Assembly: GCA_963826115.1 (NCBI GenBank)
Contig: CAWGVS010000010.1
Coordinates: 352,001 to 416,000 of the forward strand
DNA length: 64,000 bases
DNA from: an uncultured Candidatus Rokubacteria bacterium
GTDB lineage: Bacteria; Methylomirabilota; Methylomirabilia; Rokubacteriales; DASRDR01
Direction of reading: 5' to 3'
Shown here: piece by piece, positions 38,365-47,504 of the stretch
How the letters are laid out: each line of letters opens with the position of its first letter
Numbering within the stretch: position 1 is the first letter of the stretch
The notes under the pieces: model-generated
The model's input: only the letters and a program-made list of their open reading frames with translations
What the model was told of the DNA's origin: nothing
The model's database searches: none
Made by a program: the position numbers and the translations under genes

Positions 38365-38442
38365 GAGGCGTTAGCTCAGTCAGGTTAGAGCTCCCGCCTT
38401 TTAAGCGGGGAGTCGGTGGTTCGAATCCACCACGCCTCACCA
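38365..38442 (+). tRNA. tRNA-Lys (anticodon UUU)
   Basis: Cloverleaf: acceptor GAGGCGT/ACGCCTC, D GCTC/GAGC, anticodon stem CCCGC/GCGGG with loop CT-TTT-AA, T loop TTCGAAT, encoded CCA. Confidence 0.97.
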
Positions 38443-38483
38443 ATCGCCCGTCCCGCCGCGCTGGCCCGTCGAGGGAGAGGGAC

Positions 38484-38873
38484 ATGACCGATCGCGGAGC
38501 CTCGGACCCCGAGTCCGCCGCGACCCTCGCCGCGGCCCGCCGGTTCCTCGACGCGTTCGGTCGCCACGACGTCGACGGGCTCATGGCCGCGATGGTCGAG
38601 GACTGCGTCTTCGAGAACACGTTCCCGGCGCCCGACGGCGAGCGCCACGTCGGCCAGGCCGCCGTCCGAGGCTTCTGGGAGCGATTCTTCCGGGAGAACC
38701 CGTCCGCCGCGTTCGAGACGGAGGAGATCTTCGCCGGCGGCGCCCGCTGCATCGTCCGGTGGCGCTACCGCTGGCGGAACGTCGACGGCTCCGCGGGCCA
38801 CGTGCGGGGCGTCGACGTGCTGCGCGTGCGAGACGGGAAGGTCGCGGAGAAGCTCTCCTACGTCAAGGGCTAG
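38484..38873 (+). CDS. NTF2/SnoaL-like domain protein
   Basis: AF.RHDVDG, G...VRGFW, RGVDVLRVRDGKVAEKLSYVKG. Confidence 0.88.
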   Translation: MTDRGASDPESAATLAAARRFLDAFGRHDVDGLMAAMVEDCVFENTFPAPDGERHVGQAAVRGFWERFFRENPSAAFETEEIFAGGARCIVRWRYRWRNVDGSAGHVRGVDVLRVRDGKVAEKLSYVKG

Positions 38874-38958
38874 GGCCCCGTCCATGAGCCGTCGACGGCA
38901 TCGGGGACGACGTCCGCGTCGCCCCCGCCCGGGAGGGGGCGCCGGCAGGCGTAGCTAG

Positions 38959-39042
38959 TCAGTCCCGGTGAAGCTCGACCGTGTACCCGTTCGGGTCCCG
39001 GAAGTAGACGGGCCCGGTCGGCCGTTGCCTCGGTCGCGTCAC
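38959..39042 (-). pseudogene. VOC/glyoxalase C-terminal fragment (27 aa)
   Basis: Encodes ...VYFRDPNGYTVELHRD*, the canonical VOC C-terminal motif; GTGA-coupled to the upstream gene. Confidence 0.55.
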
Positions 39043-39860
39043 GGCGGGGCCGACCAGACGACGACGCCCAGCGCGTCGGCGAGGGCGAGGGCCGCCCCGC
39101 GGCCGGGGGCGAGGCTCATCGTTCCGCGCGGCCGCCCGTCCGCGCCGTTCAGGTTGAAGGCCGGCGTGCCGTCGCCCAGCACGGTGAGGGTGGCCCGGGA
39201 GCGCCCGTCGGCGTCGCGCAGGGACACGTCGGGCGTGCCGTCCGGCTGGGAGCGAAGCACCGCGCGCGCCGTCCCGCGCGCGTCCGCGAGCTCGAGCCCC
39301 GCGTCCTGTCCCCGGATCCCGAAGGTGGCGCGCACCACCCCCGCCGCGTCGTAGGCGACGAGGGCGGGTTGCGGCTCGCGGGCGCCCGCCGCGCGGCTCG
39401 CCGGGCTCCCGCTGCCGCTCCGACCGAGGAAGAGTGCCGCGGCCAGGCGGGGCTTCCCGGCCGGATCGAAGAGCGCGAAGCCCGGGGCGCCGTCGGGGCC
39501 CACCACGAGGGCGGCCCGCACCGTCGCGCCGTCGGTGTCGAGGAGCGTCAGGCCGGGCGCGCCGCCCGCGCCGACCGTCAGCACGGCGCGGGACCGTCCG
39601 CCGGCGTCGTGGAGCGTGAGGCGCGGCGTCTCATCGGCCTCCCACCCGAGAGTGGCACCCGTCCGCCCGCGCGCGTCGCGCAGGACGAACCGCTCGGCCT
39701 CGACGGCCGGCGCCTTGGCGGCCCGGGGCGGACTCTGGCCCAGCAGGAAGAGCGCCGCGATCGCGAGCCAGGAGCCGAGCGCCGCGCGCTTCCAGCGGCG
39801 GCTCTCGCGCTCCAGCCGGTCGAGGCGAGCCGTGATCCGGTCCTCCGTCATGAGCGCCAT
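39039..39860 (-). CDS. Hypothetical membrane-anchored protein with LxLxDxxGxxRAxL repeats
   Basis: N-terminal coiled coil plus TM helix, then about 8 imperfect ~22-aa repeats. Confidence 0.8.
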   Translation of the reverse strand: MALMTEDRITARLDRLERESRRWKRAALGSWLAIAALFLLGQSPPRAAKAPAVEAERFVLRDARGRTGATLGWEADETPRLTLHDAGGRSRAVLTVGAGGAPGLTLLDTDGATVRAALVVGPDGAPGFALFDPAGKPRLAAALFLGRSGSGSPASRAAGAREPQPALVAYDAAGVVRATFGIRGQDAGLELADARGTARAVLRSQPDGTPDVSLRDADGRSRATLTVLGDGTPAFNLNGADGRPRGTMSLAPGRGAALALADALGVVVWSAPP

Positions 39861-39972
39861 CGCGACCTCCCAGGCCGCGCGCCGCCCGGAGACGTGAGGA
39901 TTCGCGCGCGGCGGCTACGACGCTACGTCACCCATCGCACACCGGTCAACGTGACGGCGCGGCGGGCCCGCC

Positions 39973-41397
39973 TCAGTCGAGCGGCGGGCGGTGCCCTGCC
40001 CAGGGCTGGAGCGCCTCGAAGCACGCGGAGGCCCGGAGCACGTCGACCTCGCGGTGCCAGCGGCCGACGATCTGGAGCCCGACCGGGAGCTTCTCCCGCG
40101 TGAAGCCGCACGGCACGTTGGCGGCCGGGTAGCCCGTCAGGTTGAACGGGTACATGAACGGCACGCGGTCGAAGATCGAGTGGGCGGGCTTGCCGCCGAG
40201 GTCCTTCAGGCCCTCGAAGGGGCCGGGGTCGGCCGGCCAGGCGGCGACCGGCATCTGCGGCGTCAGGAGCAGCTGGTAGCGGTCGAAGGTCTTCCGCACC
40301 TTCTCGCAGAACTCGGTGCGCGCGAGGTGCGCCTTCAGGTAGTCGATCGCGCTCCACTGACCGGCGTCGAGGATCATGCGCATGAGCGTCGTCTCGATCC
40401 AGTCGGGGCGCTCGCGCGCGCGGTCGTAGTTCCTGGCCGCCACGTTCGATGAGTAGATGATCTTGTGGAACTCGTAGGGATGGCCCCAGTCGACCTTCGC
40501 CTCCTCCACGTGGGCTCCGAGCTCCTCGAACCGGCGCGCCGCGCGGTGGGTGAGCTCGGCGACCTCGGGGTCAACGGACGCGAACCCGAGGTCCACGCTC
40601 CAGCCCACGCGCCAGCCGCGCACGTCGCCCTCGCAGGCGGCGAGGTAGTCCTCGGGGGGCGCGTCGATCGACATGGGGTCGCGCGCATCGGGGCCGGCCA
40701 TGACGTGGAGGAGCAGCGCAGCGTCGCGGACGGTGCGCGTCATCGGGCCGTTGTGGGACCGCGCGCCCCAGAGGTCGGCGCTCGGCCAGTAGGGGACGCG
40801 CGCCAGCGAGGGCTTGAGCCCGAAGATGCCGCAGAGGGCCGAGGGGATCCGGATCGAGCCGGAGCCGTCCGAGCCGTGGGCGAGCGGCCCGAGCCCGGCG
40901 GCCACCGCGGACCCCGCGCCGCCCGAGGAGGCGCCCGACGTGCGCGCGAGGTTCCACGGGTTCTTGCACGGCGGGCCGATCAGGTTGTCGCACATGTCCT
41001 TGTAGCCGAAGTGCGGCGTGTTGGTCTTCCCGAGGATGATGCCGCCGGACCCGCGGAGCCGCGACGCGACCGCGCCGTCCTCGGCGGGCACGTTGTGCTC
41101 GAAGAACTTCGACCCGAATGTCGTCCGGATGCCCGCGGTCGGCTCGAGGTCCTTGATGGAGTAGGGGATCCCGTCGAGCGGCCCCTTCGCCTGGCCGCGC
41201 CCGATCCGCGCCTCGGCCGCGCGGGCCAGCTCGCGCGCATGGTCGGCGGTGACCGTGAGGTAGGCGTTCAGCTTCGGGTTCAGACGCTCGATCCGGGCGA
41301 GCACGGCGTCCGTGACCTCCACGGGTGAGAGCGACTTCGCGCGGTAGAGCCGGCCGAGCTCGAGGGCGGGCGTGTAGGACAGGTCCGTCGCGTTCAT
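39973..41397 (-). CDS. Amidase (amidase signature family)
   Basis: SIKDL, GKTNTP, GASSGG, GSDGSGSIRIP, GLKPS motifs; GAGGAGG RBS. Confidence 0.94.
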   Translation of the reverse strand: MNATDLSYTPALELGRLYRAKSLSPVEVTDAVLARIERLNPKLNAYLTVTADHARELARAAEARIGRGQAKGPLDGIPYSIKDLEPTAGIRTTFGSKFFEHNVPAEDGAVASRLRGSGGIILGKTNTPHFGYKDMCDNLIGPPCKNPWNLARTSGASSGGAGSAVAAGLGPLAHGSDGSGSIRIPSALCGIFGLKPSLARVPYWPSADLWGARSHNGPMTRTVRDAALLLHVMAGPDARDPMSIDAPPEDYLAACEGDVRGWRVGWSVDLGFASVDPEVAELTHRAARRFEELGAHVEEAKVDWGHPYEFHKIIYSSNVAARNYDRARERPDWIETTLMRMILDAGQWSAIDYLKAHLARTEFCEKVRKTFDRYQLLLTPQMPVAAWPADPGPFEGLKDLGGKPAHSIFDRVPFMYPFNLTGYPAANVPCGFTREKLPVGLQIVGRWHREVDVLRASACFEALQPWAGHRPPLD

Positions 41398-41587
41398 CCG
41401 GGGCCTCCTCGGTGTGGTCGACGAAGCGCGGGCGGACGCGCCGTCCGGCGGTCCGCCCGACGAGCCCCAGGGTAGGGCGAGGCCGGACGGCTGTCCAGAG
41501 GGCGGGCGTCTCGCCCGGTCCCGGGGCCGCCCGGGCCGTGCGATGATCGACGGCGCCGTCACTCTCGACCGAACGGAGGCCTGCCCG

Positions 41588-42697
41588 ATGCCCGACGCGA
41601 AGCCCCCCGTGCTGTGTCCGCCGGATCCCCTCCGCGAGTTCGTCGACGCCGTTGCGAGACGCATGGGCGCCGACGCCGACGTCGCGGCGGAGCTGGCGCG
41701 CCACCTGGTCGGCTCGAACCTCGCGGGCCACGACTCGCACGGGGTGATCCGGGTCCCCCAGTACGTGGGCGACATGGACCAGGGTCTGATCGTGCCGAAA
41801 GCCCGCCCCGTCGTCGCCCGGGAGAGCGCCGTGGCAGCCCTCGTCGACGCACACCGCGGGTTCGGCCAGCACTCGACGATGTTCGCCCTCGAGTGGGCGA
41901 TGGCGCGGGCGCGCCAGCATGGCGTCGCGATGGTCGCCGTGCGGCACTCGACCCATATCGGACGGCTCGGCGAGTACGTGGAGCGCACCGCCGACGAGGG
42001 GCTCATCGGGATCGTGACGGTGGGCGCGGTGGGGGACGGCATCGGCGGCGTCGTCCCGTTCGGCGGGCGGACCCGCTTCCTCGGGACGAACCCGTGGGCC
42101 CTGTCGGTGCCGGGGCGCTCGCGCCGGCTGATCTTCGACGCGGCGACGTCCATGCTCGCCGAGGGGAAGGTGCGCGTGGCGCGCGCGGCCGGGAAGCCAT
42201 TGCCGCCCGACGCGATCGTCGACTCCGCGGGACATCCGAGCCGCGATGCCGAGGCGTTCTACGCGGGCGGCGCGCTCCTGCCGCTCGGCGGGCCGCTCGG
42301 CGGGCACAAGGGCTACGGGCTCGGGCTGGCCTCGGCGCTCCTGGGGGCGCTCGGCATGATCGGAGACGGCGACCCCACCCTCGTCGGCGCGGCGCCGCCG
42401 GACTCGACCGACGCGCGCGGACGCGTCGCGGGCGTGTTCCTCGAGGTCGTGGACCCGGCGGCCTTCGGGGACGCCGGCCGCTACGCCGTGCTCGTCGACG
42501 AGGCGCTCGAGGCCGCGAAGCGCCAGCCGCCGGCCGACGGGATCGCCGAGGTGCTGGTGCCCGGCGAGCCGGAGGAGCGCGCTCGCGCCAAGCGGACCCG
42601 CGAGGGCGTCCCGCTCCCGGCGGCGACGTGGGCGGAACTGGGGAGGGTCGCGGCCCGCTTTGGCGTGTCCCTGCCGCCGTCGCGTGCCGGCGCGTGA
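41588..42697 (+). CDS. Ldh_2 family (malate/L-lactate/hydroxycarboxylate) dehydrogenase
   Basis: GHDSHG, HIGRLGEY, GTNP, GHKGYGL, VLVPGEPE motifs. Confidence 0.92.
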   Translation: MPDAKPPVLCPPDPLREFVDAVARRMGADADVAAELARHLVGSNLAGHDSHGVIRVPQYVGDMDQGLIVPKARPVVARESAVAALVDAHRGFGQHSTMFALEWAMARARQHGVAMVAVRHSTHIGRLGEYVERTADEGLIGIVTVGAVGDGIGGVVPFGGRTRFLGTNPWALSVPGRSRRLIFDAATSMLAEGKVRVARAAGKPLPPDAIVDSAGHPSRDAEAFYAGGALLPLGGPLGGHKGYGLGLASALLGALGMIGDGDPTLVGAAPPDSTDARGRVAGVFLEVVDPAAFGDAGRYAVLVDEALEAAKRQPPADGIAEVLVPGEPEERARAKRTREGVPLPAATWAELGRVAARFGVSLPPSRAGA

Positions 42698-42707
42698 GCG
42701 GTGACTC

Positions 42708-43031
42708 CTACCGCGCGCCGGGCGCCTGGTAGCCGACGGTCTTCTTGACCGCCTGGTCCACCTCCTCCGGCGTGATGAGCACGATCGTCTTGACACGGAC
42801 GGCACCGCTGGCCGCAACCGTCAGGGAGACGGCCGTCGCGCTCGCCGAGTCCGGCAGATCGACGATCACGAACGCGTCGGAATCGCCGTAGGCAAAGTAG
42901 AAGGCCTCGACACGGCCCCCGAGGCCCTTCGCGAGCGCCTCGATCGCGGCCCGGCGCTTGGAGCCGCCGTCCTTCAGGAGACCCTGGGCGCCTTCGTGTG
43001 TGTAGGACGCCTCGAAGAGATACTTGGGCAT
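42708..43031 (-). CDS. GYD domain protein
   Basis: YLFEASYT.EG, LGG.VEAFYFAYGDSD; typical family pattern. Confidence 0.85.
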   Translation of the reverse strand: MPKYLFEASYTHEGAQGLLKDGGSKRRAAIEALAKGLGGRVEAFYFAYGDSDAFVIVDLPDSASATAVSLTVAASGAVRVKTIVLITPEEVDQAVKKTVGYQAPGAR

Positions 43032-43167
43032 CGCGCACCTCCCGCGCGTCGGGACGACGCGCTTCTCGGTTGGGATCCCGCGGCTGGCAACGTCCTCGTC
43101 GGGAAGACTGACAGTAGCGCGAACGGGCAGTCGGGGCCAGGGCCTCCGGCGCCGCGCGCCGGCGTGG

Positions 43168-44040
43168 TCAGCCCCGGCCGAGGACCAGGATGACGATGCC
43201 GGCCAGCATGACGGCGCACCCGAGCCAGATCTGGCGGATGCGGGCGCCCTCGCCGAACATGAGCCAGCCGATCACCAGGGCCAGGATGATCTCGATCTGC
43301 TTCACGGCCTCGACGTAGGAGCTCACCGTCATCGTGTAGGCCGTCGTGCCGAGCTGGGTCGACAGGGCGGCGAAGGCGCCCAGGCCGATGAAGCCGAGCC
43401 AGTGCTGGCCGATCTGGCGGAAGTGGCGGGCCGAGCGGTAGAGCACCCAGGGCGTGATCAGGATCGAGCAGAAGAGGTAGCCCATGAACACCGCGTAGGC
43501 GGGGTTCGACAGGAGCGCCATCTTCTTGATGAGCACGACCGACGGCGCGTAGAACAGCGCGGCCCCGAGCGTGTAGCGCTGGCCGGGATCGCGCACCAGC
43601 GAGACGAGCGGCGCCCAGAGCGACACGCGCGCCCGGCCCACGTTGATCAGGTAGACGCCGGCGACGGCGACGAGCACCCCGATCACGCCCGTCAGGGACG
43701 GCTCCTCGCCGAGGAACAGGTACCCCCAGACGACGAGCAGGACGACGGACAGCTTCCACAGCGCCGTGACCAGGGAGATCTCGGCGACCTTGAGCGCGAG
43801 GGCGAGGCACTGGGTGCCCGTGATCTGCGTCACGGCGAAGAGGAAGCAGTACCAGTAGATCCCGGGCTGACGCGGCGGCAGCCCATAGGTGACGAGGGGG
43901 ATCGCGGCGAACGGCAGGATGAAGGTGAAGCGGCCCCAGACGTTGATCGTCTCGTCGAGGGCGTGACCGAGCCGCTTCATCACCATGTTCCGCAGCACCT
44001 GGAACAGGGCGCTGCCGATCGAGAGCACGAACCAGGTCAC
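43168..44040 (-). CDS. EamA/DMT family transporter
   Basis: About 10 TM segments, EISLV, LGE, VSSYVEAVKQ motifs. Confidence 0.88.
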   Translation of the reverse strand: MTWFVLSIGSALFQVLRNMVMKRLGHALDETINVWGRFTFILPFAAIPLVTYGLPPRQPGIYWYCFLFAVTQITGTQCLALALKVAEISLVTALWKLSVVLLVVWGYLFLGEEPSLTGVIGVLVAVAGVYLINVGRARVSLWAPLVSLVRDPGQRYTLGAALFYAPSVVLIKKMALLSNPAYAVFMGYLFCSILITPWVLYRSARHFRQIGQHWLGFIGLGAFAALSTQLGTTAYTMTVSSYVEAVKQIEIILALVIGWLMFGEGARIRQIWLGCAVMLAGIVILVLGRG

Positions 44041-44157
44041 CGAGTCCCTCCGCGCGTCGCCGCCCTTTCGCCGGGCGGCGTGCCGCCGGCCATCCTAGGG
44101 TAGACGGTGGCCGGCGTCGACCCCGGGAATCCGGTGTCGGGACTTTCCCTACGTTGA

Positions 44158-44493
44158 CAGCCCGTTCCCCCCGGGGAGACCTTCAGCCCGGCGGTCGTGA
44201 GCTTCCACGAGACCGGCCAGAACCCGTACAGGGGCGACCCGGCGGCGCTCGCGGACGGCAAGCGTCTCTACGAGACGTGGTGCCAGTCGTGCCACATGCC
44301 CGACGGGTCGGGCCGGATCGGACCGAGCCTGATCGGGTCGCAGCATCTCCACGCGCGGTCGGCCACCGACGTCGGGTTCTTCGAGGCCGTGCTGGGCGGA
44401 TCGCTGGGCGCGATGCAGTCGTTCCGGGACCGCCTCACGCAGGACGAGATCCTGCGGGTGGTCGCCTACGTGCGGAGCCTGCGGCCCTCTTGA
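44158..44493 (+). CDS. Cytochrome cL (MxaG/XoxG)-like monoheme cytochrome, apparently N-terminally truncated
   Basis: PAVVSFHETGQNPY...CQSCH...GRIGPSL resembles the cytochrome cL core; in-frame TGA at 44155 and no signal peptide; first usable start is GTG 44197. Confidence 0.7.
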   Translation, partial: QPVPPGETFSPAVVSFHETGQNPYRGDPAALADGKRLYETWCQSCHMPDGSGRIGPSLIGSQHLHARSATDVGFFEAVLGGSLGAMQSFRDRLTQDEILRVVAYVRSLRPS

Positions 44494-44590
44494 CGGCTAT
44501 TCGCGTGTCGGTCATGGTGGCTGCGTTCTAGTTCGATGTCGTGCGGAATTAATACCCACCCGTTTCGTGCGCGGAGGAGGACTCAGGGCA

Positions 44591-45874
44591 ATGAAGCTCA
44601 TCGCCACCATCCTCATGGTCCTCATGGCCGGGAGTCTCGCGGCCGGCGTCGCGTCCGCCGAGATGACCGTTAACCTCCAGGTCGCTGCCGATGGATTGAC
44701 CGGGCCGCTCAACATGGTGACGCCGCCCGACGGCAGCAAGCGACGGTTCATCACCGAGCAGATCGGCGTGATCAGGATCTTGATGCCCGACGGGAAGATG
44801 CTGGACGAGCCGTTCCTCAACATCCGCCACCGGATCCCGAAGCTCCACCAGGACTTCGATGAGCGCGGCCTGCTCGGCCTCGCCTTCCATCCGGACTTCA
44901 AGAACAACGGACGCTTTTTCGTCGCCTATAGCGGTCTCCTGCCCGGGGATTCCACGCTCGACAAGGTCGTGTGGTACGACCACACGAACTACGTTGCCGA
45001 GTACCGCGTCTCCAAGAGCGACCCCAATCGGGCCGACCAGATGAGCGAGCGGATCCTGAGCAAGATCGACTGGCCGCAGTTCAACCACAACGGCCACTGG
45101 ATCGGGTTCGGGCCCGACGGGTTCCTGTACGTCTCGACCGGCGACGGCGGCTACGCGAACGACTGGGGCATCGGCCACAACGTCACGAAGGGGAACGGCC
45201 AGGACCTGATGTCGCTCAACGGCAAGGTCCTCCGGATCGACGTCAACGGCGCGGAGCCGTACGCGATCCCTCCGGACAACCCGTTCGTGGGCCGGCAGGA
45301 CGCCAAGGCCGAGATCTGGGCGTACGGATTCCGCAATCCCTGGCGCTGCTCGTTCGACATGGGCGGCGGCAAGGAGCTGTACTGCGCCGACGTCGGGCAG
45401 AACTCGTTCGAGGAGGTCAACGTCGTCACCAAGGGCGGGAACTACGGCTGGCGGATGAGGGAAGGCAAGCACTGCTTCGACTACGTCAACCCGAACACCC
45501 ACCTGCCGTCCTGCGACTCGGCGGGGATGGTCGATCCGATCTTCGAGTACAGCAACTGCAACGTGACCCAGGACTGCAAGGGCCTCTCGATCACGGGCGG
45601 CGCCGTCTACCGCGGGAGCCACGGGCCCTGGCAGGGGAAGTACTTCTTCGGTGACTGGAGCAAGCAGTTCGGCCTCCGGGACGGCCGCCTCTACGTCGCG
45701 ACCAACAACGGCGGCACCTGGACGATGGAGGACGTGAAGGTCGCCAACATGCCGACCTTCAACTCCTATGTCCTCGCCTTCGGCCAGGACGCGGACGGCG
45801 AGGTGTACGTGCTGACGCAGGACACCACCGGGCCGGTTGGCGGCCTGGCGAAGATCTACAAGATCACCCCGTAG
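44591..45874 (+). CDS. Secreted PQQ-dependent sugar dehydrogenase family (GSDH beta-propeller)
   Basis: Signal peptide; ERGLLGLAFHP, NHNG..IGFGPDG.LYVSTGDGG, IPPDNPF, WAYGFRNPWR, NYGW; GGAGGAGG RBS. Confidence 0.92.
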   Translation: MKLIATILMVLMAGSLAAGVASAEMTVNLQVAADGLTGPLNMVTPPDGSKRRFITEQIGVIRILMPDGKMLDEPFLNIRHRIPKLHQDFDERGLLGLAFHPDFKNNGRFFVAYSGLLPGDSTLDKVVWYDHTNYVAEYRVSKSDPNRADQMSERILSKIDWPQFNHNGHWIGFGPDGFLYVSTGDGGYANDWGIGHNVTKGNGQDLMSLNGKVLRIDVNGAEPYAIPPDNPFVGRQDAKAEIWAYGFRNPWRCSFDMGGGKELYCADVGQNSFEEVNVVTKGGNYGWRMREGKHCFDYVNPNTHLPSCDSAGMVDPIFEYSNCNVTQDCKGLSITGGAVYRGSHGPWQGKYFFGDWSKQFGLRDGRLYVATNNGGTWTMEDVKVANMPTFNSYVLAFGQDADGEVYVLTQDTTGPVGGLAKIYKITP

Positions 45875-45924
45875 GACGGACGCGACACGGGGCCCGGCCC
45901 AGCGCCGGGCCTCGTGACCTCACC

Positions 45925-46332
45925 ATGCGACGCTTCGCGTCCCTCGGCCTGACCATCGTCGCCGCGCTCGGCGCGTGGGGGCTCCTTGCCGCGCCCGGCG
46001 CGGCCCAGACGCCGGCGCCCCCGGCGCCGCCCGCCCCGGCGTCGACGGTCGGGCCGGCCCCGCCCGCCCAGTTCACCCCGGACTTCCTGGCCGACGCGAA
46101 GAACGTCAAGCAGGGCCGCGAGGTCTGGCAGGCGCGCTGCCAGTTCTGCCACGGGAAGATGGCGTACCCGGGCAAGGCGCCGAAGCTCCAGCCGTCGCGC
46201 TACACGCCCGACTTCGTCTACGACCGCGTCGCGAACGGCTTCCAGGGCATGCCGCCGTGGCGGCACGAGTTCTCGGTGGACCAGCTGAAGTCGGTCGTCG
46301 CCTACGTGCTCAGCCGCGAGTTCCCCAACTGA
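45925..46332 (+). CDS. Periplasmic monoheme cytochrome c
   Basis: Signal peptide, Pro/Ala linker, CQFCH heme motif, distal GMPPW. Confidence 0.9.
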   Translation: MRRFASLGLTIVAALGAWGLLAAPGAAQTPAPPAPPAPASTVGPAPPAQFTPDFLADAKNVKQGREVWQARCQFCHGKMAYPGKAPKLQPSRYTPDFVYDRVANGFQGMPPWRHEFSVDQLKSVVAYVLSREFPN

Positions 46333-46337
46333 CGCGC

Positions 46338-47504
46338 ATGCCCCCGATCCTCCAGAAGATCACCGTCCCCTACGAGTATCCGGTCTACTTCACGGTCGAC
46401 GTCTTCGACCCGGGGAATCCGGACCTCGTCGAGGCGCTCGCGCGGAAGGAGCCGGGCCGCCGGCATCGCCTGTTCGTGGTGGTGGAGCGCGTCATCGCCG
46501 AGGCGTGGCCGGGGCTCTCGGCCACGATCGAGCGCTACGCCGAGCGGCACGCCGACCGGCTCGAGCTCGTCGCGCCGCCCTGGATCGTCGAGGGCGGCGA
46601 GGCCGTGAAGAACGACCCCGCGCCGCTGGCGGCCCTCCAGACCGTGCTCCATGCGCTCCGCCTGGATCGCCAGTCCTACGTGGCGATCGTGGGCGGCGGG
46701 GCCCTGCTGGACGCCGCGGGCTATGCCGCGGCGACCGCGCACCGCGGGATCCGGACGGTCCGGCTGCCGACCACGGTGCTGGCCCAGGGGGACTCGGGCG
46801 TCGGGGTGAAGAACGGCGTCAACGCCTTCGGGGTCAAGAACTTCCTGGGGACGTTCGTTCCACCCTTCGCCGTGCTGAACGACCGGCGGTTCCTCGAGAG
46901 CCTGGGCCGGCGGGACACCATCGCCGGCATGGCGGAGGCGGTCAAGGTCGCGCTGATCCGGGACCCCGACTTCTTCACGTGGCTCGAGACGCGCGCGGAC
47001 GCGCTCGCCGCGTGCGACCCGGAGGCCGTGAGCGAGCTGGTCCGCCGGGGCGCCATGCTCCACCTCGAGCACATCGCGTCCTCGGGCGACCCGTTCGAGA
47101 TGGGGAGCGCGCGGCCGCTCGACTTCGGACACTGGGCGGCCCACCGGCTCGAGTCGCTGACCCGGAACCGCCTCCGCCATGGCGAGGCGGTCGCCATCGG
47201 CATCGCGCTCGACACCCTGTACTCCCGCGCCGTCGGGCTCCTGCCGGCGCCGGCGGTCGAGCGCGCGCTGGCGCTCCTCGGGCGGATCGGGCTCCCGCGC
47301 TGGGACGAGGCGCTCGATCTGCGGGACCCCGCCGGGCGGCCCGTCATCCTCGACGGACTGGCGGAGTTCCGGGAGCACCTCGGGGGCGAGCTCACCGTCA
47401 CCCTCCTGGCCGCGATCGGCCGGGGCGTCGAGGTGCACGAGATGCGCGAGCCTCTGGTGGTGGGCGCCCTCGACGAGCTCCGCCGCCGCCACGGCCGGCC
47501 GTGA
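46338..47504 (+). CDS. eboD: EboD-type sugar phosphate cyclase (3-dehydroquinate synthase-like)
   Basis: GGEAVKN, GGGALLD, HRGIR, PTTVLAQGDSGVGVKNG, DPFEMGSARPLDFGHWAAH, LRHGEAV; ebo context. Confidence 0.88.
   Translation: MPPILQKITVPYEYPVYFTVDVFDPGNPDLVEALARKEPGRRHRLFVVVERVIAEAWPGLSATIERYAERHADRLELVAPPWIVEGGEAVKNDPAPLAALQTVLHALRLDRQSYVAIVGGGALLDAAGYAAATAHRGIRTVRLPTTVLAQGDSGVGVKNGVNAFGVKNFLGTFVPPFAVLNDRRFLESLGRRDTIAGMAEAVKVALIRDPDFFTWLETRADALAACDPEAVSELVRRGAMLHLEHIASSGDPFEMGSARPLDFGHWAAHRLESLTRNRLRHGEAVAIGIALDTLYSRAVGLLPAPAVERALALLGRIGLPRWDEALDLRDPAGRPVILDGLAEFREHLGGELTVTLLAAIGRGVEVHEMREPLVVGALDELRRRHGRP

Noticed and set aside
46338-47504. Canonical aroB
   Set aside because: Carries the DPFExGSARPLDFGHW segment and sits in ebo context with no aroK/aroC; better called EboD.
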